Below, piece by piece: positions 19,598 through 30,300 of a stretch of 45,095 nt of DNA. Origin of the DNA: Desulfomicrobium sp. (GTDB taxonomy: Bacteria; Desulfobacterota; Desulfovibrionia; Desulfovibrionales; Desulfomicrobiaceae); assembly GCA_003542385.1 (NCBI GenBank), contig DPKT01000351.1, positions 1,178 through 46,272 of the forward strand, in the 5' to 3' direction. The translations under genes and the position numbers were made by a program. Below the pieces are notes generated by a model that made no database searches, was not told where the DNA came from, and was given only the letters and a program-made list of their open reading frames with translations. Position 1 is the stretch's first letter; each line of letters begins with the position of its first letter.

Positions 19598-21737
19598 GAA
19601 ACCTCGTCAGGAAAAGTTGCCGCAGGGCGCGGTACCACCGCCAGACCAGGGGCTCATGGCCATGGTCGAAGCGGACGTAGACGCGTCCTCCGATGTTCAG
19701 GGTCCAGCGGGCCGATGGGGGTTCGACGTCGAACAGGAACATTTTCTGGAACGCGGTCAGGCCCATTTCGTCGCGCGGGTCGATGGCCACGGAACCGCCA
19801 CCGGTCTGTCCCAATGCCCTGCCTGGCAGGTGGTCCGTGGCGGCCGGCACTTCGCGCTTGAGGGCGGCTTCGGTGATCTGCGAAAAACTGTCCGGCAGCC
19901 TGAGTTCCACCGCCTTGGTCCTAGCCCGCACCAGATCCGCGTCCGGCTGGGACACGACCACCCGCACCGTGACCGTGGCCGGTTCGACAACATAGCCGAG
20001 CACTTCGCCCCGCCGAACGAAAAGACCGGGCAGGTCGCCCGGTTCGGGCACCAGGAACCTGCCCCCGATGGCGCTGTAGACCATCAGCTCGTCGGCCCTA
20101 CGCCGCGCGTCGTCGAGCTGGCCCGCCACGTGCTCCATTTCCTCGGCCGTGATCTGGGCCTTCAGCCTGTCCTCGAGGATCTGACTGCCGTGCAGGGTCT
20201 TCAGTTCTTCGTAACGGGCTTCGAGTACGCGGATGCGGGCGGGCAGGAAGGGGTCTGCGCACTGCACGAGCAGTTCGCCCGGGGACACCAGGCTGCCCGG
20301 CTTGGCCACGATGCGCTCCACGACGCCTTCAGCTTCGGCGCGCACGAAGGACTCCTCAGGCACCCACATGACCCCTTCAGTCCGCGTGCTCAGAGGAACC
20401 GGCACGAGGAAGACGGCGGCTGCGATGATGGCGGCCGCCCCCATGCTCACGACCATGGCCCGTCCTCTGCGGCGTCCCAGACGCGGCGAGGCGACAAGGA
20501 AGCGCAGCCCCTTGAAAAGCGGCAGGACAAACATGCTGGTTGCGGCCCAGACGGCCAGAAGCACGCCGACAAAGAAGAATTTTTCGGCGATGAAGAGGAC
20601 GATGAAGACGTAGATGAAGATTCGGTAGAAGAAGGCCGCAATCGAATAGACCAGTAACCAGGCTTTCTCTCCGGTCGTGGCCCAGGGAGGTTCCGCGTCC
20701 TGCATGCCGAAGAGTCGGCGCTGGACGAGGTAGGTCAGGTAGTTCATGCCCCGTGGGGCGAGGTTGGGGATTTCAAGCAGGTCCACCACAATGTAGTAGC
20801 CGTCGTAACGCAGCAGGGGGTTGATGTTGAAGAGCAGCGACGACACGCCGGCAATGAGCATGACGTTGTATGCCACGGCACGCACGGGTCCGGGCTCCAC
20901 TCCGACCCATACGAACATCGCCAGGGCCGCGATGAAGAGTTCCACGAACATGCCCGCTGCACCGACGAAGGCCCTTTCCCACTTGTCGCGGAAGGCCGAA
21001 GCCGTAGACGCGTCCACGTAGGGGATGGGGGTGAAGACGAGGAAGATGATGCCCATTTCGTGCACCTCGCCGCCCAGACGCTTGACGGCGAAGGCGTGGC
21101 CGAACTCGTGGAAGGCCTTGAGGATCGGGAAGATGACCCACATCAGCAGCAGGTTCCCCGGTGCCAGAACCCGGTCCGTGACGTCCTCGGTCAGTTCCGG
21201 CCAGTGCACGCCGGCCAGGAAGGCTGCCCAGGCCACCACAACCAGCCAGAGCAGTGCCCCGGCCCATCCGAAAAACGGTCTGACGACGCCTTGGAAGCGC
21301 ACCAGGATTGGTTCGGGGTCCAGGAGTTTGAAGCGCATGGACAGGGGGTTGCGGATGTTCTGCGTCAGCCTGCCGATTCGTCGTTTCTCGTGCCTTCGCT
21401 GCAGTTCAAAAATGTCGGGCGGCACGTCGCACTGCAGCACATCGGCCCCGTGCAGCTGACTCAGGATGCGGACCATCTCCTCCTGCGTCGGGGCGTCCTC
21501 GCCCAGACGCAGGCGTCCGATCTCCCAGATGTCCTGGACCGAGCGTTCGCCGTTCATGAGCCCGATGAGCTGGTAGGCGCCGGGCGTGAAGCGCATGTGC
21601 CGTCCCGAGGTGTGGTCCTGAAGCACGTACCACGGCTCGCCGCGGTACGTGTGACGGTGGATTTGCGCGTGACTGCGCAGGCGCGGCTTCAGGCTCGCGA
21701 CGCGATACCACGATGGGCTGTAGAGCGAGGATTTCAC
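19590..21737 (-). CDS. PqqD/RRE-like domain + M50 (site-2) metallopeptidase + membrane fusion protein fusion
   Basis: N-terminal winged-helix-like segment, HEFGH and NINPLLRYDG M50 motifs among TM helices, C-terminal MFP (EGVVERIVAKPGSLVSPGELL, coiled coil). Overlaps the SecA-like start by 8 bp. Confidence 0.88.
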   Translation of the reverse strand: MKSSLYSPSWYRVASLKPRLRSHAQIHRHTYRGEPWYVLQDHTSGRHMRFTPGAYQLIGLMNGERSVQDIWEIGRLRLGEDAPTQEEMVRILSQLHGADVLQCDVPPDIFELQRRHEKRRIGRLTQNIRNPLSMRFKLLDPEPILVRFQGVVRPFFGWAGALLWLVVVAWAAFLAGVHWPELTEDVTDRVLAPGNLLLMWVIFPILKAFHEFGHAFAVKRLGGEVHEMGIIFLVFTPIPYVDASTASAFRDKWERAFVGAAGMFVELFIAALAMFVWVGVEPGPVRAVAYNVMLIAGVSSLLFNINPLLRYDGYYIVVDLLEIPNLAPRGMNYLTYLVQRRLFGMQDAEPPWATTGEKAWLLVYSIAAFFYRIFIYVFIVLFIAEKFFFVGVLLAVWAATSMFVLPLFKGLRFLVASPRLGRRRGRAMVVSMGAAAIIAAAVFLVPVPLSTRTEGVMWVPEESFVRAEAEGVVERIVAKPGSLVSPGELLVQCADPFLPARIRVLEARYEELKTLHGSQILEDRLKAQITAEEMEHVAGQLDDARRRADELMVYSAIGGRFLVPEPGDLPGLFVRRGEVLGYVVEPATVTVRVVVSQPDADLVRARTKAVELRLPDSFSQITEAALKREVPAATDHLPGRALGQTGGGSVAIDPRDEMGLTAFQKMFLFDVEPPSARWTLNIGGRVYVRFDHGHEPLVWRWYRALRQLFLTRFHV

Positions 21738-21747
21738 GGGGCCCTCC

Positions 21748-23640
21748 TCACGGCAGCCAGAACCAGAGCTTGAGGCGTACCCAGTAGACCATCTCGTGGG
21801 TCCAGATCCAGATCAGGCGGCGCTTCCCGATCTCAACCTTGCCCACACCCTCCATGCCGGGACGCAGCCTGTTCGAGACTTTTTGGACCTGCGCCTCCAC
21901 CCGGAAATAGTTGCGCCCTTCCTTGGCCGTGAGGACGGGAGTAATGGTGCTTACGGTCAGCGGGAAGAGCTCTCCCGGAAGGGAGGGGAGGGCGAGCTGC
22001 CCCTGCTGGCCGACCTCGATGTCGCCGATGTCGCGCTCGTCGACCTGCACGATGACCCTGTAGGCGTCCAGGGGCGCAACCTCGAAGAGGATCTGTCCCC
22101 GTTCGACCGGTGCGCCCAAGGACTGGCTCAGGTCTCCGCTCATGACCACCCCGTCGAAGGGGGCCGTGACGCGCGCCCGCGTCAGTTGCTCTTGCACCAG
22201 CGCCAGTTCGGCCTCTGCCTGGTTGATCTTGGCCTCGGTGATCCTGACCTGGGCAAGGTCGAATTTGGCCCGCGCCCCCCGGTGCTCCTTGAGGAGCTGC
22301 TCCCGCTGGGCGACCCACTTGGCATGCTCCAGACGCAGGTCCCTGTCGTCAAGGATGCAGAGCGCGCTCCCGGCCTGCACGACGTCCCCGGCTCGGGCCA
22401 CGGCCTCGGCGATGTATCCGTTGAAAGGCGCGCAGACGCTGCGTTGGATCTGCCCCTCAAGGACCGTTGGAGCCTTGACCCGGTAGGTGCCCTCCATGAA
22501 CCACAGAACCGCGGCCAGGATGCATAGCACGAGCCCGCAGAACTTGAGGGCCAGGTGACGGGGCCCGAACAGGATGCCCAATCCCCTGGCGGCTTTTTCG
22601 GCGGCCTTGGCCGCGAGCCAGCGGTCCTCGCTGCGCTTGGTGCCGAGGATGGGTCCGGCTAGGGCCGCGATGGTCCTGACAAGTTCGATGATTTGCGGTT
22701 CCGGGTCCCTGCCGGCGGGGAATTCGAGACACAGGGCTCCGTAGGGAGCGTCGTCGGGACCTAGGGGCGCGGTGCAGATGGCTCCGGCGCCGAACTGCCT
22801 GGCCAAGGCGTCGTGTCCGACGATCACTAGGGGCGGGGCGTCGGGGGGAGGCGGGAAGACAACCAGGGACTGCTGGTCCGTGGCCTCTTCCATGGCCCCT
22901 TCCACGGCCCGAGTCAGGTTGGCCCGCTCGCCGAACTCGGCGCTGTGGGACAGGGCGCTGATGCGCAGCCGGCCTCGTCCAATGAAGCCCAGGCTGACCC
23001 GCTCGCACTCCAGCATGGTGGCGAGCCTGGTCACGAAGGCCATGGCCGCGGCCTGGAACCTGTCGTGCTCAAGTGTGTCGGCCACCGAGTCGAGTACCTT
23101 GCGCAGCCGGTCGTTGGTCTGGGACGCGGCCTTGGCATCGGCGCGCAGGACCATGACCTCGAGCCAGGCCGTGCCCCAGTGCAGCCGGCGCATGACATCC
23201 TGAATGCGGTCATCGCTTTGTCCGGGCACTTCCAGGACCACTGCGCCGTGAAGCTTGCCCAGGGCCGTGACGGGGTGGGCGATATGGACCGTTCTCGCGG
23301 GGGGGCCGCCGTTCCTGCCGGTTGGTTGATGTTCGGCCAAGAAGCCGCGGCGTTCCTTCAGGGCCCGCTCGGCGGCCGGCACCAAATGGTTCACGTCGAA
23401 GTCGGGGGCCGGCCAGACCGCGGCGGGGAAAAAGGGGCCCTTGTCCGGGGTGCCGAGCAGCAGCAGGGCACTGCGGACGCCCGCTACCATGGTGCACTGC
23501 AACGACAGCCAGCTTTCGGCGAATTCCCCCTGTGTAGCGGCCTCGGCGAACCGCCGCCACAGGTCGTTGTCCCGGGCGTCGCCCTGCAAGGGGACCGCGC
23601 CGGGAGAATTGGAGGCGCCGTGCACATCCGTCAGGGTCAT
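21748..23640 (-). CDS. GAF-like domains + TM + HlyD-type membrane fusion protein
   Basis: Cytoplasmic N-terminal ~350 aa with GAF-like strands (ICTAPL...YGALCLE), one TM helix, then APFNGYIAEAVARAGDVV, coiled coil, APFDGVVMSGD, LRPGMEG. Confidence 0.85.
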   Translation of the reverse strand: MTLTDVHGASNSPGAVPLQGDARDNDLWRRFAEAATQGEFAESWLSLQCTMVAGVRSALLLLGTPDKGPFFPAAVWPAPDFDVNHLVPAAERALKERRGFLAEHQPTGRNGGPPARTVHIAHPVTALGKLHGAVVLEVPGQSDDRIQDVMRRLHWGTAWLEVMVLRADAKAASQTNDRLRKVLDSVADTLEHDRFQAAAMAFVTRLATMLECERVSLGFIGRGRLRISALSHSAEFGERANLTRAVEGAMEEATDQQSLVVFPPPPDAPPLVIVGHDALARQFGAGAICTAPLGPDDAPYGALCLEFPAGRDPEPQIIELVRTIAALAGPILGTKRSEDRWLAAKAAEKAARGLGILFGPRHLALKFCGLVLCILAAVLWFMEGTYRVKAPTVLEGQIQRSVCAPFNGYIAEAVARAGDVVQAGSALCILDDRDLRLEHAKWVAQREQLLKEHRGARAKFDLAQVRITEAKINQAEAELALVQEQLTRARVTAPFDGVVMSGDLSQSLGAPVERGQILFEVAPLDAYRVIVQVDERDIGDIEVGQQGQLALPSLPGELFPLTVSTITPVLTAKEGRNYFRVEAQVQKVSNRLRPGMEGVGKVEIGKRRLIWIWTHEMVYWVRLKLWFWLP

Positions 23641-23720
23641 AGACTGTGTCCCGTCCCGGGCCGCTGATTCAGGCGCGCCGGCGGCGGCCGCGGCACATGG
23701 CCTGCGCGCTCCGTGTTCGA

Positions 23721-24053
23721 CTACTGCACGTCGGTGGGCAGGCCGATGTCCAGCTTGCCGTACTTGGCTTCATAGTCCTTGAGGATGTTGCCGAGCATGA
23801 GCGCCAGCCGCTTGGCCACGAAGGGGCTCATGACGATGCGGTCGGCGAGTTGTACCGTGACCTCCTTCTGGCCGGCGTGCCAGGCCTGGTTCATGCCGAA
23901 GAGCAGCACGATCTCCTCACGCGTCCCGGCCACGTTGCACACGTTGGCATAGGTGCTCTTCATGTTGGTGTCATCCCAGCGAACCTTCATCTGGGCGTTC
24001 TGGGTCACGCCTTCTGAGCCTGCTTCGGATGCGTCGCGACCTCGAGTGGACAT
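23721..24053 (-). CDS. DUF3467-like small cytoplasmic protein
   Basis: YANVCNV...EEIVLLFG...RIVMSPFVAKRL...YEAKYG pattern recognised as DUF3467. RBS AGGAGG. Confidence 0.75.
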   Translation of the reverse strand: MSTRGRDASEAGSEGVTQNAQMKVRWDDTNMKSTYANVCNVAGTREEIVLLFGMNQAWHAGQKEVTVQLADRIVMSPFVAKRLALMLGNILKDYEAKYGKLDIGLPTDVQ

Positions 24054-24103
24054 AGCGTTTCCTCCTGCAATTGGTGATGGAGCATGGATGCATATTTATG
24101 ACA

Positions 24104-24133
24104 ACAATACCGCTCATTCACATAGTGGGTCAA
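24104..24133 (-). promoter_or_regulatory. Possible sigma-70 promoter for the export module
   Basis: TTGACC-18 bp-TATTGT about 50 bp upstream of the DUF3467 start, in an AT-richer spacer. Confidence 0.45.
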
Positions 24134-24240
24134 GGGATTTCACTTTTTTGCGCGGAAGTCCGCCGCAATTCCGACGCTTCAGCTTAGCGTCCATATGTTG
24201 CCGAAGCGTGCGGAGCAGGATCGTCATCCTGGACGATCAG

Positions 24241-24285
24241 AAAAAAACATGCCGGAAACACGCATGGTTGCGGTTCCCGGCATGT
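24241..24285 (-). terminator. Rho-independent terminator after the giant gene
   Basis: ACATGCCGG (24247-55) / CCGGCATGT (24277-85) stem with further internal pairing, followed on the minus strand by T7 (A-run 24241-47). Confidence 0.7.
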
Positions 24286-24350
24286 GTTGCGTCATAATCC
24301 TTGGTGCACCTTTGTGTCCCGTTTCTCCTTCGTTATGTTCTAAACCCCTG

Positions 24351-27300
24351 TCACATCTCTATCTTGATCTTGCTGTTCGGGGCTGCCTTGCCGGTCCCGT
24401 CGAGCAGGAAGTCGCCGAGCCAGGCCTGCGCCCGTTCCGTCACGGCGTCACCGGGCAGGGCGGTTGCGTCTGCCAGGTCAAGCCGAACCAGCATCTCGGC
24501 CGTCTCGTCCATGCCCTCCACCGGGTTGTGCAGGGCCGCACCGTTCGTCATGGTGATCAGACTCGGCAGACCGTCATGAGCCGTGCGTCCCCTGAACCGC
24601 TTCAGGATCTTGTCCAGCCAGCCGTGGCTCCCGCCGTCGCCGAACTTGCCGTGCTCGAAGATCCAGCCCGACGGGATGCCGTTGGACGGCGGGGCGAAGT
24701 TGAACAGGCTCGACTTCGCGGCCGAAGGCATGGTCACCATGGCCAGGTCGGACGGCAGGTGCCGCACGCCTTCCTCGAGGGTGCCGCTCATGAGGCAGTC
24801 CAGGGCCGCAGGCACGTCCCTGAAGCCGAGCACATGGCCGAACTCGTGCATGACCGCCGTCAGGAGGTCCATGCCTTCGGCCGTGCCGCCCGTGAACTCG
24901 CTGTCGTCCAGCGGGGTCGGGTCGACGAACCAGCCGTAGCCGGCGGCATCGGCGTCGATGAAGACCGTGCCATTCCCGGTCAGGCCCAGGATCTGGCCCG
25001 AGAGGTCGCCGACCTGGAACTCCACGTCATGCAGCGCCGCAACGGCCTCCTCGCCCAGGGCCTCGGCCCAGAGGTCGATGGCCGCTTCGACGATGGGCGC
25101 AAGGTCCGTCTCGGTCGCCACGACGCCTTCCATCTCGCCGCTGGCGGGGATGTCGGCCGTCAGCGGCGTGCCGTCGTCGTTCTTGATGGTGATGACGCCG
25201 GTGCCGTCGCCGATGGTCGCCCCCACGGCCTCGGAGAGCACGACATCGAAGGTCTCGTCGAATTCGGCGACCTTGTCGCCGTTGACGGTCAGGGTGTAGG
25301 TCTTGCTCGTTTCACCGGGGGCAAAGGTGATGGCCGTGTCGGCCGCCACGTAGTCGAACCCGCTCCATGCCGTGCCGTCCTGTGTCTTCAGGCGTACGGA
25401 CACGGTGTCCGTCGTCGCCGCGGACAGGCTGATGGTCACGCTCACCTTGGTCTTGTTGGTCTTGTCGCCCTCCAGGACGCTGGCGTCCGAGACGGAGATG
25501 ACCGGCACGGTCGGGGCCGGGGCGTCGTCGTTCACGATGGTGACCAGGCCCGCCTTGTCGGCGATGACGGCGTTCTCGGAATCGAAGAGCTCGATGGTGA
25601 AGGTCTCGTCGGGCTCGACGACGTCGTCGCCGTAGACCGTGAAGGCCACGGTCCGGCTGGTCTCGCCCGGGTCGAAGGTTACCGTGCCGTTCTGTTCCAG
25701 ATAGTCTTCACCGGCCTGGGCTGTTCCCGCCACGGTCGCGTAGGCGACCGTCACGGGCGCATCCCACTCGGTCGAAAGGGTGAAGGTCACCTCGACCGTC
25801 TTCTGTCCGCCGTCGCCCTCCGTCACCGATGCGTCGGACACGGAGATCGTGGGCAGGGCTGGGGTGGCGTAGGCCGGGTCGTCGGTCCGGACCACCAGGC
25901 GGTCGAAGAGGACGTCCCCGTTGCGGGCCAGCAGTCCGAACTCGCCGTCCGTGACCAGGGCGTTGAACGCGAAGCTCAGGGCGGCTCCGCCGTCCAGGGT
26001 CACGCTGACGGTGCGTTCCGCGATGGTGATGCCGAGGGTGTAGTCCGTTCCTGCGTCGAGGGTCGCGCTCCTCTCGGCGTCGATGACGATGCCGCCCTTG
26101 GCGGTGCTGTGGCCGACGAGGATCTTGTCCGACTCCACGTCCAGGGTCACGAACTTGAAGTCCTCCGGGCCGTAGGAGTCGAACACGAAGCCGCCCTGGT
26201 TGGCCGTCCGGAGGACGGCTTCGAGGGACAGCACCGAGGCCGGGGCGATCCGCATGTCGGCGAGGTCGACGGCGGTCCCGCCGGGCGCGGCGGACAGGGT
26301 CAGGCTGCCGCCGTCCGCAATGCCGTTAACCGGCGTCTGGAAGAGGCCTTCGAACTCCGCCTGGCTGGAGAACTCCACGGTCTGCGTGGAGGTCATTTCC
26401 GGGGCGATGCGCTGCACGACCACGTTGTCGATGGCCGCCCTGGCGTTGTTGGCTCCCAGGCCGACCATGCCTTCGTGCAGGAAGTGCTCGATCCCGTAGC
26501 CATCGACGCGGGGGGCGAAGGTGTAGGTCAGGGTGGTCTTGTTGTTGACCCGCAGGGTTGCCGTGCTGCCGTTCAGGGCCAGGAACACGTTGTAGTCCGT
26601 GTCGGCCTTGAGGGATGAGGTGTAGGGGGCCTGCACCAGCACGTGCCAGCCCGAGGCGTCATGGTAGCCGATTTCGAGCTTGCTCGTGGACACGTTGATG
26701 CCGGCGAACTTGAAGTCCTCGGAGTTCTGGTAGTCGAAGATGAGGTAGGCGTTGGCGCCGTAGCCGCCCGTGGGCTTCACGGCGCGAATTGTAGCCAGCA
26801 TCTCGAAGTAGCTCGGGATGTATTCGTCGACGTAGAAGACGCTCAGGGCGTCGCCTCCAAGGGCCGTGGGCGCGACCTGGTAGCGGCCGCTGACCACGGA
26901 CCAGACGCCGCTGTCCACGAAGAAGGCGTCGGAGGTGCCGTCGTTGAAGCCCGCCGAGCGGAGCACGTCGCGGGCGCCGCCCGGGATGTTGCCGGCCTGC
27001 GGGTCGGCCGGCGCTCCGGTCTGATCCTGCCAGGCGTAATCCTTCTGCAGCACGAGACCCATCTCGCCTTCGGGTTCGCCGTTTCTGGTTTCGTCCCCCT
27101 GACGAGTGAAGTCCGCTCCGTCGGCCGCCGAGAGGGCGTACAGGAACTCGGGCAGGAAGGGCTGCAGGGTCCGGCTGACGGAAGCCGCGCCGAACGGGGC
27201 GTAAGGCACCAGATAGGAGTTGTATTCGCCCACCCAATCGATGAGACGATCGCCTCCGGTGTTGCCGATGAGCACGTCGCGGCCTGCTCCGCCGTAGGCC

Positions 27301-30300
27301 CTATCCTGGTAGAAGGGATGGGTGTCAGGGATGTCGTTCAGGCCGTCGTTTGTATCGTGATTGTCGTCGGCGTTGAGCAGGTCGTTGCCCCAGCCGCCGT
27401 ACATGTCGTCGGCGCCGGTGCCGCCCACCAGCCAGTCGTTGCCGAGGTCGCCGAAGATGGCGTCGCGGCCGTCGTCACGGACCTCAGGATAGGTTTCGGT
27501 CTGCTGGCCCGTGGCCTTGGGCACCGTGCCGCCGGGGCGGAGCACCCCTTCGTCCTTGTTGAAGTTGAGCAGGAACTGGAAGTAGTCAACTCCTTCAATC
27601 CCGTCCGTGCCCTTGTAGAGTTCGCCTTGCGGGGTCAGCAGGATGATACGGCGCGGGTCGTACTCGTCGTACAGGTCGAACTCGCCAGCCCGGAAGCGGT
27701 TGTTGGTGTGCTGCCCGTCGCCGTCGAGCGGGTTGAAGGCCAGCACGTCGCCGGGATTGGTCGTGGCCGGCAGGCCGACCGCGCCGTAGCCCAGGTTGAG
27801 GATGCCGTTCGGGTTGCCGGAAGCGTCGTATGTCGGCACGTAGGCGTCCATGAGGGCCTCGGCGCCGGAGATGGCGTCGTCGCCCGAGCCGCCGTGCAGC
27901 CAGTCGCTGCCCAGGCCGCCGAAGATGATGTCGTCGGCGTAGGGCTGGTTGTCCTGATTGTCAGGGAACTCGTCGTCGTTGCCGAGCCAGGTCTTGTCGA
28001 AGCTGAAGGGCACCAGGTCCATGGTCTTCTTCAGTTCGCCGGACACGTTGATCAGGGCGTACTGGATATCGCCGGGGGTCTTGATGACCTCGTTCAGGAC
28101 GTTGCCGTCGGCGTACTTCGGCCGCGGGTCGCTGGCCAGCAGCCCGGCGATGCCGTTGAGGGGCTCGCCCGCCGTGCTGTTGCGGCTGGTCAGGATCAGT
28201 CCGTCGTCGCCCAGGACGCCGTCCTGGCCCGTGCCTCCGGTGATCCAGTCGTTGCCGTAGCCGCCGATGATGTCGTCGTCCTGGCCCTCGCCGAAGATGA
28301 CGTCGCTGCCGGTCATGCCGAAGATGATGTCGTCGCCGGACTCGCCGTGGATCAGGTCGGCCGCGCCGTTGTCGGCGGGCTGACCCTCAAGCTTGGCCGC
28401 TCCGTTTACGTATTCGCCGCCGTTGTAGTCGGCGCCGCCCAAGTGGTAATCGAGTTGCTCCATGGCCCGCGGAATGATCTTCAGGGTGCCGTAATTGTCG
28501 TAGTTGAAGGTCCGGAAGAGATCCTTGGCGTCGGCCGGGTTCGTCCCGCTCGCGCCGCCCTGCACCAGGCGGTACACATTGGCGTTGTCGCCCATGATGT
28601 AGTCGGCGTCGCGGGCATGGCCCTCGGCGGTGGTTGTGATGACATGGGTCGTGCCGTCTTCGGTCGCGTCGCCGATATGGTTGCGGCCGATGTCGATGCC
28701 CGCCCCGCCGAAGATCACGTCGGAGGCGTCGGGCCGCATCGCTTCGGTGGTCAGGCCGAACAGGGCCGAACTGCCGCCGATGATGTCGTCCTGGCCCAGT
28801 CCGCCGTACATGAGGTCGCCGCCGCCGTTGCCTTCCAGGTAGTCGTCGCCGTCGGTCGCCGCTTCGGGGATGTTGAAGTAGAGGTCTTCGTCGGGATCGA
28901 CGTCGTCCTCAACGCTGATCATGTAGGTGATGGTTGCGTCATCTTCGTCGTTTACGCCGATGTAGCCGTCGCCCTGCATCAGGTCGTTGGCAAGCTGGCC
29001 GAACATCACATCGTTGTCCGCCCCGCCGGCCATGACGTCGGCCCCGAAGAGACCGGCCGCCGTGGTGTCGGCGTGATCGATCAGCTCGATGTCGCGACCG
29101 ACGGCGTCAGCCGGGTCGCTCTGCCACGTACTGCCCAGGTTGGCGATGATGGCCGTTTCTGAGGTCGTATAGATGGAGGGCGCCGTCAACGCGCGGAAGC
29201 GCGGGCTCAGGTCGTCGCCGCGACGCCAGACGATGGCATTGTCGCCGGCCATGGCGTCGTCACCGGTGCCGCCGTCCATGAGGTCGTTCACATCGTCGAT
29301 GGCGGGCGTCGAGATGCCCGTTCCGTCAAGGCTGGCCGAGATGGTCGTCAGGGACAGCTCGTCGATGCCGCCGGACACGTTGTGCCCGCCGGTCATGTCG
29401 TCGTTGCCGGAGCCGCCCCACATGCGGTCGTCGCCCTGCTGGCCGAGCATGCCGTCGTCGCCTTCCTCGCCCCACATGCGGTCGCCTTCACCACCGAAGT
29501 TCGGGGTCAGCGGATCTCCGTCCGTGTCGCCGGTATCGATGGCGAAGAAGTTGCGGGAGTTGAAGGCCAGGCGCCAATCCTGCCCAGGTGCCCTCAGGGC
29601 GCTGAACTGCGGGTAGAGGCGCCCGTGGTCGCCGAACATGAGGTCGTTGTTGTTCACCGCGCCGACGCCGTCGCCGTCGTCGCCATACATTTCGTCAGCG
29701 TTCGTTCCGCCGAACATCATGTCGCGGCCGTTGTCGCCGTAGATGAGGTCGCGTCCGCCGCTGTTGGGCTGCTCGGTGGTCACGAGGTCGAGGGTGGAGA
29801 GGTCGGTGTCGGCCGTGCCGGCGCCGTATTTGGCCCAGAGGGCGGGATTGTTGGCCTCGAGATCGATGCCAAGGACGTCGAAGAGCCGTCCGGTGGACAG
29901 CCATTCGAAGGCGCCGTTGTCGCCGAGGATGATGTCGTCGCCGTCCAGCAGCGTGGTGTTCTTGCCGCCGGACGTGGTCGGGTCGAGGCGGTCGCCGTAG
30001 AGGGTGTCGCCGTAGACGCCGCCGGCGATGATGTCGCCGCCGGCGTTGCCGGAGATGGTGTCGGAGCCGCCGGTGTTGTCCGGGTCGTCGCAGTCCGTGG
30101 TGCGGATGGTCTTGACCGCGGCGTCGAGGACGAGCTTCAGGTCGAAGCCCGAGTCCGGCGCCAGGGGCGCCGCCACCAGGAAGATGTCGGCGTTGTCGCC
30201 GATCAGCAGGTCGCCCAGATCGGCAGCGCCTGCGCTGGCGTTGGCGTCGTCACCGTAGATGATGTCGCCGGCCGTGCCGCCGATGGCCACGTCGAGGCCC

